DNA of 63,966 nucleotides, the filler included, from Folioceros fuciformis (taxonomy: Eukaryota): the NCBI GenBank assembly GCA_049999805.1. It is 23 parts of 23 records of this genome, joined end to end, with 100 filler letters (N's around TTAATTAATTAA, not from the genome) between each part and the next. Parts side by side here need not be neighbours in the genome. Positions count along the whole stretch, not along the records: positions 47,198 to 53,494 come from JBNGIO010006609.1; positions 53,595 to 55,426 come from JBNGIO010006610.1; positions 55,527 to 56,828 come from JBNGIO010006611.1; positions 56,929 to 58,953 come from JBNGIO010006612.1; 19 more parts are not named here. One strand, 5' to 3'. Both the position numbers and the translations under genes were made by a program. The notes beneath the pieces were generated by a model. The model ran no database searches. It was not told the DNA's origin and worked only from the letters and a program-made list of their open reading frames with translations. Below, in pieces: positions 48,112 through 59,053 of this stretch. Positions within the stretch are counted from its first letter, which is position 1. The number at the start of each line of letters is the position of its first letter.

Positions 48112-51100
48112 ATGTCAGACAGCTCTGAGTCCCCTGACGTCGGCAGCGATTCTGGTTCACCACAACCCGGTTTTCTTGATTCCCTGGTAGACCAGCTATC
48201 AGCTCAGTTGCAGGCGCTTGTATTAGTACCCGAGATGGGCACTAATCCCACACAACCGCCTCCTCCACCTCCGCCGCCACCACCTCTTCCCTCAAATCCG
48301 GTGTGGCACCGGTCAGCACCCCTCCCCACCTTCACCTCGGACATGAAAGAAAAGGACCGCTTCAATGGCACCAAGTACCCTGTTTGGAAGGTGCGCATGC
48401 GCTCAGCACTTGAAGCCCGAGGAGTCTGGGGAGTGGTGGACCAGTCAGTTCCGGAGCCAGACCTCAACAGCAATCCTCCCCCATCGGCAATTGCTGTGGA
48501 GCGCTGGCAGTCACTCAATTCCATTGCTCTTGCTTTCTTGATAAACGGGCTTGATGAGGACCTCGTACCTACAGTGGAATTCCATACGAAAGCACACCAG
48601 GTTTGGGATCAGCTTGCAAGTACGTATCAAGTTAAAAACCTTATGTCCCTTTGTGCCGTCAGGCAGGAATTCTATACCTTGAAGATGAGAGAGGGGGAAA
48701 AGATGGCTGCACACATCACCAAATTTCGTCAGCTCCGCTCTCAGTTGCTGAGTATGGGCACGAAAATGGATGAGTTGGATGCAGCTGCTCACCTCCTCAC
48801 GACGTTGCCACCTTCTTACCAAGGCTTCATCACTACACAGAACATTCCCTATTTGACTGCCTCGGCTGGCCGTACCTCCACTTATACAGTTGACATCCTT
48901 ATCGGAGCCCTTTTTCAGGAGGAACAAGCCAGGAGTCATTCTTCAGGGAGCTCACGCTCCAAGGGAGATAAGATTCTGTCAGCTCGGCACACACCTAACA
49001 AAGGCAAGAGCAAATTTCAGAAACCTGATTCAAGCCCTGCTAACCCTCCCAAAAGGACAGGGACTTGTAACTGGTGTGGAATTGCTGGGCACTGGGCCCG
49101 TGAGTGTAAAAAGAAGAGGGCTGGCGAACCGCAGCGAACATCCAAGACTTCGGCTAGCGTTGCTAAGGAGAAATCCAGTGATACTAAGAACGTGGTTAAG
49201 ATACTCACAGTTTGCTTGACTAGTTCTTGTTCGGACACAGAAAGCTGGTACCTGGATTCTGGTGCCACGGCTCACATTTGTCGAAACAAGAATCACTTCA
49301 CCTCTCTGACCCCTTGTTGTGAGAATGACAAGGTGTTCCTTGGAGATGAACAGCTCGATAGCAGTTTGCAAGTCAAAGGACAAGGCAAGGTTACTTTCCG
49401 ATTGAAGGACGGTTCAGATCTTACTCTTGAACGCGTTCTGTACGTACCAGCCATGGCGAAGAATCTACTGTCCATGAGTCAGCTCCTGAAGCTGCGGACG
49501 TTTGAGATGCAAGCCACCGGTGATACGTGCACCTTCTACAGGAAGGTTGCCCCAGACACTTGCTTTTTCAAGGGTTTCCTTGATAATGATCTGTATTGCC
49601 TTGATCTGCTGTCTGTAAGGAATGCCACCGTGCATAGCACTGGATTAGCTAACCTGGACACCAAGCAGCTGGCTATGTTATGGCACGCAAGACTCGGACA
49701 TCCCAACAAACAGAAGTTGCTGGACATGTCCGTCAAACAATGTTTTAGGGAACCCCTTCCCCGTTGTTTCAAGGACTTACCGTCCTGTGAGGCGTGCATA
49801 ATAGCCAAGCAAAAGGAACACCCCTTTCCTTCCACTCCAGCATACAGAGCTACCTCTGTCTTAGGCTTGGTCCATGCGGACATCTCTGGAAGGATACAGG
49901 TGCCATCTATAGGTGGTTCCAATTACTACCTTACCTTAACGGACGACTACAGCCGTTACACTTGGACATTCCCTATGCAGAGGAAGAACGATGTCTTCGA
50001 CATCTTCAAAGAATGGCTTCCTGCAGTACAACGCCAAACGGGTTTGCTGTTAAAGTACCTGCGTACAGATAATGGCACCGAGTTTGTTAATGATGCCTTT
50101 GATGAATACCTAGCTGCGGAGGGGATTCAGCGGCAACTTACCGTTCCTTATACACCCCAGCAAAATGGGGTTTCTAAGAGGAAGAATCAGTCCTTGTTGG
50201 CCATGACCCGGAGCATGTTGCTCTGGTCCGGCCTCCCTCAAGCGTATTGGGCAGAAGCCATTTGTGCAGCAACATACATTCTGAACAGAATTCTTACGAG
50301 CTCTGTCCCGAATCAAACACCCTATGAGGTCTTCCATAAGAGGAAACCAAGTCTGCTGCACCTGAGAGTTTTTGGTTCCCGAGCATATGCGTTTATTCCT
50401 GCGAAGAAACGCCAGAAGTTAGACCCGAGAGCTCAAGCCCTTGTTTTTGTAGGGTACAGTGAGCAGTCTAAGGCTTATCGACTGTATGACCCGACTCTCA
50501 GGAAGATGTCACTCGCACGGAGTGTCACCTTCATTGAGCCCCATTCTCCATTGCTCACCCATGCTCCGCAGACAGAGGGAGCTTCGGACATACCTGAGGA
50601 GACAGAGGGAGGATCTACGTACCCTGTGAATGAGGGACAGGTCACTTATCAGATGTATCCTCAGGATGCCGAACCTCAGGATGCCGAACCCCAGGATGCC
50701 GAACTCCAGGATGCTGAACCCTTGGACGCTGTCTTGCCGACACCCGATTTGGTCGCACCTCTTCCCGCTGAACCAGACCCTCAGGATGACCCGGACCTCA
50801 TCCCTTTTGACGACCCAGGTGCTCCTGTCCAAGTTGCTGCGGACTTACCAGATGCTGCTCTTTTCGACGAGCCGGATCCAGCACCCATTATGGATGAGCA
50901 TCTACCGGAGGTCATTGAAACTCCACCAATCCCTCCTGCAGCAGTTGCCCGCGACACCGAGGAAGTGGTACCTCGCCGTTCTGACCGCCACCGACCACCA
51001 CCTGATCAATGGGCTGAACCGCGTTACCAATCTATTGACTTCCGCCATCGGGCAGCCCCAGCTACAGCACACACTGCTCCGTCGGCCATCCCGGATGAGC

Positions 51101-52689
51101 CACGCACTTTGGCCGAGGCTTACAACGGACCTGACAGTAAGCAGTGGCGTGCGGCCGTCGAAGACGAGTACCAGTCTCTGATTAAAAACAAGACCTGGAC
51201 TCTTGTGGACTTGCCACCCGGCCGCAAACCCATTTCATGTAAATGGGTCTTCAAACACAAACTGAATGCTGAGGGCGAGATCGCCCGGTACAAGGCCCGT
51301 CTCGTGGCCCGTGGTTTTACCCAGGTGGAGGGTCTGGACTATCAGGAGACATTCTCCCCTGTCGTCCGGTCCCAATCCATACGCATGCTGTTGGCTCTGG
51401 CTGCAGAATTCGACCTTGACTTATGGCAGATGGATGTCTGCACAGCATACCTTTATGGGTCTCTGGATGAAGAACTGTACATGCAACAGCCGGAAGGTTA
51501 CGTTAGTAAGCAGCACCCCAAGCAGGTTCTTAAACTTTTAAAATGCATCTACGGACTGAAGCAATCTGGTAGGGTTTGGTATTTTACCATCCACGTCTAT
51601 CTGTTGGACTTGTCTTTTGTTCAAAGTGCCGCAGATACCAATGTTTACCGGCTGACTAGGGGCACAGCTTTCGTCATAGTTGCCTTGTATGTCGATGATG
51701 TCATTCTGGTCACAAACAGTAAAACTCTGTTAGATGAAGTCAAGCAAATGCTCAGCGACAGGTTCGAAATGAAAGACATTGGTGATCTAAAGTTCTGTTT
51801 AGGGATACAGATCCTCCGAGTTCGTGAGGAGGGTCTTCTGGTTATCCACCAGCATAAATACATTCGGGAAATCCTGCATAAGTTCAAGATGGATCAAGCC
51901 CGTCCAGCCACCACTCCTTCAGCTGTGGGCATCAAGTTAACAACTGATCAGTGCCCTACCACTAAGGAAGCTAAGCAGGATATGGCGGATGTACCTTACA
52001 GGCATGCTGTTGGCAGTCTTTTGTTTGTGGCAAACTGGACTCGCCCAGACATACAGTATGCAGTGAGCACCGCTTCTCAGTTTATGGAAAACCCTGGACG
52101 CCCCCACTGGTCAGCCGTAAAAAGAATCTTCCGTTACCTGCAGGGCACACACACATATGGGTTATTCTATAAACGAAGTGGCACAGGCACATTCCATCTA
52201 TCTGGCTTCACGGATGCTGACTGGGGTTCTGACAGTGACGGACGTCGCAGTTTATCTATTTACTGTTTCTTGCTGGCCAATGCGTCTGTAAGTTGGAGCT
52301 GCAAGAAACAAACTACAATAGCACTGTCCTCATCGGAGGCTGAATACAAATCTCTTACAGAAGCCTCCAAGGAGGCAGAGTGGGCTCGACAGTTTCTGGC
52401 CGACCTTGGTCATCCTCAACGTGCTCCCACTCCTATTCTCTGTGACAACACTGGTGCTCTTGACCTTGTGGCAAATCCCCGATATCATGCTCGTACAAAG
52501 CATATCGAAATCCAACACCACTATATTCGTGATGTATCTGCACGAGGCGTGGTGAGAGTGGGTTATGTTGATACCGAGCTGAATACTGCCGACATTTTTA
52601 CTAAGCCACTACCTAAGCTCAAGCACTATACACACATGACGGGACTTGGCCTGCAGGATTACTCTGCTCATTTTGATTCAGTGCCATGA
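48112..52689 (+). CDS. Copia gag-pol polyprotein (about 1525 aa)
   Basis: FNGTKYPVWKVRM, CNWCGIAGHWAREC, WYLDSGAT, WHARLGH/CEAC, RTDNGTEF, KLDPR, YVDD, DADWG, SSEAEY, ADIFTK; no stops. Confidence 0.95.
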   Translation: MSDSSESPDVGSDSGSPQPGFLDSLVDQLSAQLQALVLVPEMGTNPTQPPPPPPPPPPLPSNPVWHRSAPLPTFTSDMKEKDRFNGTKYPVWKVRMRSALEARGVWGVVDQSVPEPDLNSNPPPSAIAVERWQSLNSIALAFLINGLDEDLVPTVEFHTKAHQVWDQLASTYQVKNLMSLCAVRQEFYTLKMREGEKMAAHITKFRQLRSQLLSMGTKMDELDAAAHLLTTLPPSYQGFITTQNIPYLTASAGRTSTYTVDILIGALFQEEQARSHSSGSSRSKGDKILSARHTPNKGKSKFQKPDSSPANPPKRTGTCNWCGIAGHWARECKKKRAGEPQRTSKTSASVAKEKSSDTKNVVKILTVCLTSSCSDTESWYLDSGATAHICRNKNHFTSLTPCCENDKVFLGDEQLDSSLQVKGQGKVTFRLKDGSDLTLERVLYVPAMAKNLLSMSQLLKLRTFEMQATGDTCTFYRKVAPDTCFFKGFLDNDLYCLDLLSVRNATVHSTGLANLDTKQLAMLWHARLGHPNKQKLLDMSVKQCFREPLPRCFKDLPSCEACIIAKQKEHPFPSTPAYRATSVLGLVHADISGRIQVPSIGGSNYYLTLTDDYSRYTWTFPMQRKNDVFDIFKEWLPAVQRQTGLLLKYLRTDNGTEFVNDAFDEYLAAEGIQRQLTVPYTPQQNGVSKRKNQSLLAMTRSMLLWSGLPQAYWAEAICAATYILNRILTSSVPNQTPYEVFHKRKPSLLHLRVFGSRAYAFIPAKKRQKLDPRAQALVFVGYSEQSKAYRLYDPTLRKMSLARSVTFIEPHSPLLTHAPQTEGASDIPEETEGGSTYPVNEGQVTYQMYPQDAEPQDAEPQDAELQDAEPLDAVLPTPDLVAPLPAEPDPQDDPDLIPFDDPGAPVQVAADLPDAALFDEPDPAPIMDEHLPEVIETPPIPPAAVARDTEEVVPRRSDRHRPPPDQWAEPRYQSIDFRHRAAPATAHTAPSAIPDEPRTLAEAYNGPDSKQWRAAVEDEYQSLIKNKTWTLVDLPPGRKPISCKWVFKHKLNAEGEIARYKARLVARGFTQVEGLDYQETFSPVVRSQSIRMLLALAAEFDLDLWQMDVCTAYLYGSLDEELYMQQPEGYVSKQHPKQVLKLLKCIYGLKQSGRVWYFTIHVYLLDLSFVQSAADTNVYRLTRGTAFVIVALYVDDVILVTNSKTLLDEVKQMLSDRFEMKDIGDLKFCLGIQILRVREEGLLVIHQHKYIREILHKFKMDQARPATTPSAVGIKLTTDQCPTTKEAKQDMADVPYRHAVGSLLFVANWTRPDIQYAVSTASQFMENPGRPHWSAVKRIFRYLQGTHTYGLFYKRSGTGTFHLSGFTDADWGSDSDGRRSLSIYCFLLANASVSWSCKKQTTIALSSSEAEYKSLTEASKEAEWARQFLADLGHPQRAPTPILCDNTGALDLVANPRYHARTKHIEIQHHYIRDVSARGVVRVGYVDTELNTADIFTKPLPKLKHYTHMTGLGLQDYSAHFDSVP
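50662..50721 (+). repeat. 15-bp coding tandem repeat x4 (QDAEP)
   Basis: CAGGATGCCGAACCT units in the integrase-RT linker. Confidence 0.9.
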
Positions 52690-52871
52690 CTCTAGCTACT
52701 GCAGCTGGATATGAACACTTATCTGGGGGGGGGGAGGGTGGGAACCTAAGTTCCCTAATTGCTGCTCCTCTCCAGACACCGTCTTTCTGCAGCCCACTTC
52801 CACAGTCTGTCAGTGTTTTTCCTCGCCGTCAAGCTGGTGCAGGTGGATGAAGCTTCACTTACCTGATCTAA

Positions 52872-53240
52872 TCACTCTGCTCCAGCCTCCACAGTACTCC
52901 CTTCCATCCCTCTGGTGGCCGGCACGAACTCCATTGGCAAGGGAATCTTGGCAGCCATTTGCAGCAGTTCGCGGGCGTGCTCCGTGCTGGTGTCTTCAGG
53001 TCGCTTGAGGACTTCTTCGGCACGCCTAACTCTGGCTATGGCGACCTCCATTGACCACTTGCCCTCCCAGCCGGCAAACCTGATCAAATGTTCCACCCTC
53101 ACAGGCGTCCAGCTCTGGCCTACCCTCTTCTTCTCTTCTGGTGGCGGCGCTGCTCTCCTTGCCCTTGCTTTTTTCTCTTCTGGGGGTCTTGCACAACTGT
53201 GAAGATCCAATCCATATCTACGACCACTGCGCGTTGCCAT
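52872..53240 (-). CDS. Antisense ORF (122 aa) between pol and PPT, unknown function
   Basis: MATRSGRRYG...PPEEKK x2...; open frame with a helical-looking core. Confidence 0.45.
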   Translation of the reverse strand: MATRSGRRYGLDLHSCARPPEEKKARARRAAPPPEEKKRVGQSWTPVRVEHLIRFAGWEGKWSMEVAIARVRRAEEVLKRPEDTSTEHARELLQMAAKIPLPMEFVPATRGMEGSTVEAGAE

Positions 53241-53438
53241 AATCCAGCGGTGGATCCCTATGCTCAGTGTAGCTAGCGCAACGAGGAGAGCCGTCACCGC
53301 AAGGGTTCTCTGTCAGGGTCTTGCCCATCGTGGGCGCCTGGAGCTCGTCAGTGCCGGGCGATGGCGCTTCCTCTTCTCTACGGAACGGAACGCAGTGTTG
53401 CCCTCGCCGCCGCCGTAAGTAGTTGACGCCGTTAGGTT

Positions 53439-53447
53439 AAGAGGGAG
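53439..53447 (+). promoter_or_regulatory. Polypurine tract preceding the 3' LTR
   Basis: TTAAGAGGGAG-TG, a typical Copia PPT/LTR junction, 47 bp from the scaffold end. Confidence 0.7.
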
Positions 53448-54594
53448 TGACGAAGGGGTAACCCTACACTTGGTCAACTAACTAGCCGAGTTAGNNNNNN
53501 NNNNNNNNNNNNNNNNNNNNNNNNNNNNNNNNNNNNNNTTAATTAATTAANNNNNNNNNNNNNNNNNNNNNNNNNNNNNNNNNNNNNNNNNNNNGGCGAC
53601 CAAGCTGCGGGCTGTCTGGATTCAGGGTTGAACGAAACAGTGATATGTTGCGGTTCTTCCATCCCTGTGCATTAGGTGTGGTTTTTGAGCCTTCAGTAAC
53701 GCTAGCGCTCCTACACATCACATGTTGAATTGCGTGCAGCTGCTCAAACCTCCCGTACTTTTTCAAGGAGCGTTATGTGGTAGCAGACTTCGTTTCTTGG
53801 AGTGACATATGACCTTGACGCTATGCGGTTTTGTTTTCCGTAGGCACGAATCGGATGGTGATCACGTCCGCGATGGGTTTACCACGGACATAAAAAGAAA
53901 AGGATTTGGCATAGATGTATGTATAAGATGAAGTATGTACGGATATAAGATATCCCTATCTCCGTTTATGTAGCTCATCACGGTCTGCGNNNNNNNNNNN
54001 NNNNNNNNNNNNNNNNNNNNNNNNNNNNNNNNNNNNNNNNNNNNNNNNNNNNNNNNNNNNNNNNNNNNNNNNNNNNNNNNNNNNNNNNNTTGGCATAGAT
54101 GTATGTATAAGACGAAGTATGTACGTATATAAGATATCCCTATCTTCGTTTATGTAGCTCATCACGGTGGCTTACTCGCGGGACACCCGGGCTTACTCCT
54201 TTGAATGTGCTACATATTAAATAAAAACTTACATATTAAATGGAAATCTACATATTAAATGAAAACCCTTAAATGGAAAAAAATACAATTTAATATAAGT
54301 AAAAATACATATTAAAATGTTTTTTTAGGGTTTGTTAAATTTGAGATTATGTCAAGTTAATGGCTATCGAGATTATATCATAAAACAAAGATAGTCATCG
54401 AGATTGGGCTTTTATATATATATATATATATGGTAGTTTTGTACACTATGCTATGATTACATTGTTCCTAGTACATAAGTTGTTTCATTGTACAAGTTGT
54501 CTTATGGCGTTCTAAGTTGTGTTATGGTGTTGTAAGTTGTCCTGTTGTGAGATATTTTGTATGTGTTCCTTACCCATTCTCTTTGACGTGTATA

Positions 54595-55426
54595 ATGCCT
54601 CCCAAGTTGCCACCCAAGCATGCTACCCTAACAAAACAACAAAAGAAAGAAGTTTGCGAATATTATGTCCAACACTCTTGCACACTTAAGGAGTTGACTA
54701 GATGGACAACAGAGAAGTTTTCAATAGCGGCTTCTAAAAGTGCATTGTCTAGGATTGTGAATGACAAAGACAAATGGTTAGACCCTACCATTGGTCTAAC
54801 ATCTAATATGGCAGGAATGAGGGATAGAGCAGTCGTATGCCCACAAATTGACCACGCAGTACATGTTTGGGCTCTTGCAATCCAAGCTCAAGGTGCCACA
54901 ATTTCAGATGACTTGCTTTGTGAGTGCATCAAGTTGTATCGTGACTATCGTGACTATCAAGTAGTGGTTATGTTGGTAAAAGCTTGGACATAATTTGTGA
55001 GTCCTCATACCATACGCAATTGTTGGAGGCATAGCACTTTGGATGCGGAATTGCGTGCACAAGATGCTTGGTTCCGTGAGTCTTTAGATCTAAATAGCAC
55101 ACCATATGATCTAGAGGATCCATTGTCAGGTCCTCAAAATCACTCTAATTCGTTGGAAACGCAGGTAGAAGAGCTACAACAATTCAATGTGAAGCTTAGC
55201 ATTATTAACATCTGAGGATATGATAGGAATTGCTGATGTTGGATATCCAACGATGACAGCTGAAGAGTATCTGAACTTTGAGGAGGATGAAGGATTGAAG
55301 ACTACGTATATTCCTATAGAGGACGAAATATGGCAAGCATTAATCCCTCCGCTCGTCAATGAGGAGGGTGAGGAGAATAATACAGCATCAGTGGAGACCA
55401 TAGCGCCAAGACCATGTACGACAAAG
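54595..55426 (+). pseudogene. Internally deleted pogo/Tigger (CENP-B-like) transposase
   Basis: LTKQQKKEVCEY..LTRW..KF..SALSRI (HTH), PQIDHAVHVW..GATISDDLL (Tc5 HTH), then directly AW..VSPHTIRNCWRHS and an acidic tail; DDE core absent; stops present. Confidence 0.78.
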
Positions 55427-56928
55427 NNNNNNNNNNNNNNNNNNNNNNNNNNNNNNNNNNNNNNNNNNNNTTAATTAATTAANNNNNNNNNNNNNNNNNN
55501 NNNNNNNNNNNNNNNNNNNNNNNNNNCACTCCCACCTGTTGCTATATCTACTAGGCTTCTATTTGCTTCATGTTGGCGCTTCAATTTCAAGTAATGTCCA
55601 CACACGAACGATAGGTAGTGCACGAGCTTAGTAGTTATTCTCACACACCCCTTGTGGAAATATGATGGAGTTGCATGTTGTACCGCCAGCATTCTGGTTA
55701 GTGTATTCCTATTTGTTGGTTTAAAAAATTTTGTGCCAGGTTTCAAGAACAGCTCACAAGCCAGCAAGTTCTCGACTTTGTGATGGCGCCACATATTGAT
55801 GTCAGTGGTAACTAGAAACGGAGGAGCACCTACACTAGGGATTCTCTCGGCCGCTTCATCACTAAGAAAATCAAGGAGCATCAAGCCAAGATTGCGAGAT
55901 TTGCTTCAGCCAGCAAGCCTGTACACCGGCTTCCACACCTGATTCTAGCAAGGGCGTCTTCAGCTGTCAACGCAGCAAGCAAGGTTTTGAGGTGCGCACT
56001 CTAGCGGAAGAAAAAGAAGATGGGGGCGCCAGTTAGGAAGACGCCTGCCAGAGCCGCTGCAACACATGCTGTCACTTAGAAGGCCGTTGTGGAGGTGCGT
56101 TACAAGCACGCCTCTCATACTAACACCCAATCTATTCCAGAATGCTTTCCCATCGGTGAGTTGTGGAAGGAGACAAAGATCTACTCGCTGCGAACAATCT
56201 CTAAGCTAGGAACACAAGTGTGGTATAAGTGTTGGAAGACAGGCCTGAAAATGGTGCGCGCAAGGGTCAAAGACAGCAATCAGATCCTCAACCACGTAAT
56301 TAGCTTCTACAGTAAGCTTGCAAAACTCAAAACCGCTGATTTTCTTGTTCTCCTGCACATCTACAAGTTCTCTTTGCGATTCTGAGTTGTGTGCATGGGG
56401 TTCGGTTTGCGGGTTGATTCGCTGCCCCGAAGTCTTCATAGTCAGCGGAATGCCATGAAGCTCACGGCATCGTTGCTAACCCTCTGTCTTCAGTCTTACA
56501 GTTTCCCTTTTTTTTTTTGCTTTGGTTTGTTCAGTTTTCATCTAGCTCGGGTTCAAGCAACAGCACATAGGCTCAGACATATTCGCTTAGCTACCCTGAC
56601 CAGGTAGTTTGTGCCTTCAGGATAGCACCTAAAGCTGATTGCTATTTTTTTTGTGGTTGTTTCGGTTGTGCCAAACACCTACTGAAAATCCCAAATACTT
56701 GATCCTTCATCCTTTGTTATCAAGTGCTGATATTCCATTATGTTGTGCTACCATCCAGAAATCTCGACATGTACTGAAAAATCCCACTGTTTATGTAGGG
56801 TCTGAACAGAGAATTGACAAAGAGCAAGNNNNNNNNNNNNNNNNNNNNNNNNNNNNNNNNNNNNNNNNNNNNTTAATTAATTAANNNNNNNNNNNNNNNN
56901 NNNNNNNNNNNNNNNNNNNNNNNNNNNN

Positions 56929-58953
56929 TTGGCCATCGACGTGTGTTATTCATATGAACTCGCATCATTGTAGTCCATTGTGGACATTGGCATTCCCCCC
57001 CTTTTTAATTGTCCTAACTCTCAAACTCATAGTACATTGTAGTCCTTGGCCATTGCCGTTTTTGATTCATCCAACATCGCGATCTTGTTATCCTTTGCAC
57101 GCATTGGCCATCGACCATTTTCAGGTTCCCACGTCGCACCCTAGTCTTTCCAATGCACGTGTACACTATAAATGACACGGAAACTCGTACAAAATACACA
57201 TTCCCTTCACCCCTTGCAAAGAATCCCCTAGTTCATTCTTAAATTACTAAACTATGTAGTGTGTTCGGTGGATACATGGCCATGCCCCATTGTCACCACC
57301 CATCACCCTCCCTTCAGCCCCCCTCGCTCTCATTGCATTCCAACAATTCATGCATACTCGCGAACTTCTAATCAACTATGGTCCTTGGCCATGGACAATT
57401 GAGGTTGATCCATACTCGTGACCTTATTCACATTTGTAGTCATCCTCAATGAGAGACGACATCCGCATCTGCAGAATGTAAATCTTGCTTCTTTACAACC
57501 GCTCCCTGCTTTATCATGCACCAAAGGACATGTGTCCCTTCTCTCTAGGTTTATTAACCAACGCACGGGTTATGCGTCCGCTTTAGCGGGTACGCAAGTT
57601 TGAGGGCCAGCACCAAACCAGACAATTAGCAGATGCATGTGCAACAAATTGTGTGGAGGCCACTTCAAAGACGTTTCCTTGGATAGACAAAAAACCCTAC
57701 ACCCTGAGCCCTAAGCCCTACATGGTAAACCCTAAACCCTAAGCCCCGTGCCATACCTATGCAATCCAAAACGGGAATACCCTATATAGATCCAGTTTGG
57801 TGCCGCTCTGTGGTAAACCATAAAAAGAGAATATTTTGTGAAGATCCAACACTGGGGAACAGGAAAGAGCATAAACCCATAAACCGGACACTATCTCAAT
57901 GCATAGCGATAGAGTGTCCGGTTAGGCATGCCATATCCTTGGTCTCGGGTTCTGATGAAGGACCGCACCAACGGGAAGGTTTGAGGCATCGGTTGTAACA
58001 ATAAAAGGTAAGGCTTTTTTTTCCCAGCGTTGTCTTGAGCAGCACTCCATGGCGGAGTTTGACGATTTGTTTGTGGCACTCATAGTTTACATGTTGGATT
58101 TGCACCGCTTCAGCTTACCTTGCAGTGCATTCATGTATGCAATGCCAAAGCGGACACTCTATAACTGCAACTATGTTACTGGTTTTTAGGGGATATCTTG
58201 AAGAAAACTCTCTTTTCAACCCCAAGTTTTACATTTCCCCTTTGGTAAACGTACGAAACCGGTCCTGCACCAAATGGGACATGGATTGTGTCGTTGTCTC
58301 AAACCAAGGACACACTCTTCATTTCAAGGGGTGCGCAGCGATGGCGCGTGTATTGCTTATCGATTTTGTATGTCGCCCAATTTCTTATTGAAATTCGTTG
58401 TGAATTGGTTGTCGTCCTATAATCCGGCATATGCACTCAAGTCCTCCACAGATCTTGACCTATTTAGCTCAGATCTAGCTAACAAAAGGGCACCCTTGGG
58501 CATGCTATGCGTGACTCCTCCCTTTTGCCCTCTCTGCTTCTACAAATTTGCGAATATGTCTTCTGTAGGTGTTCGGAGGGAGTGGATAAGAGCGGGCCGA
58601 GGCACGACGGGGGCTGCCGGCACAGCCTTGGTGAGGATTGAGGCCTGCCAAGCATATATGTTTGGTTTGCTTGCTACAAATGCCAACTGCACAGTCCTCC
58701 GTCACTTCATAGCAGGTTAGGGTTTAGGGTTTAGTCGAGTCATCCTCCGATGTCGAGGAATACTTTTATCGTCTTTCTCCTTTGGTCCCACTTCTTCCTA
58801 TCGCGATTTCGCCTCTCCTCCTTTCGCGACTTCTTTCTATCATCCGCGTTGGACTGCTCATAGTTCAACGCCGCCCGTATTGCTCGCTCGAAGGCTTTCT
58901 TAGGCAGGAAGCGCACATGGTTCCCCATCGCCGTGACTAAGCCTCTCGCAAAC
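56929..58953. repeat. Repeat unit with telomere-like motifs, long variant
   Basis: Shares both 47-bp ends and most internal sequence with 59054-60340; CCCTAAA-like runs at about 57693-57746 and TTTAGGG at about 58715-58734. Confidence 0.85.
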
Positions 58954-59053
58954 NNNNNNNNNNNNNNNNNNNNNNNNNNNNNNNNNNNNNNNNNNNNTTA
59001 ATTAATTAANNNNNNNNNNNNNNNNNNNNNNNNNNNNNNNNNNNNNNNNNNNN

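Larger units (their letters stand above)
47198..53494 (+). mobile_element. Ty1/Copia LTR retrotransposon, full internal region with LTR stubs
   Basis: ...TTAACA + PBS at 47245, uninterrupted gag-pol, PPT + TG at 53448. Confidence 0.95.

Noticed and set aside
52724-52740. Poly-G tract as the Copia PPT
   Set aside because: 53439-53447 fits the Copia PPT-TG pattern and scaffold break better; not fully excluded
55527-56440. Fragmented minus-strand coding-like sequence
   Set aside because: No family recognised; multiple stops
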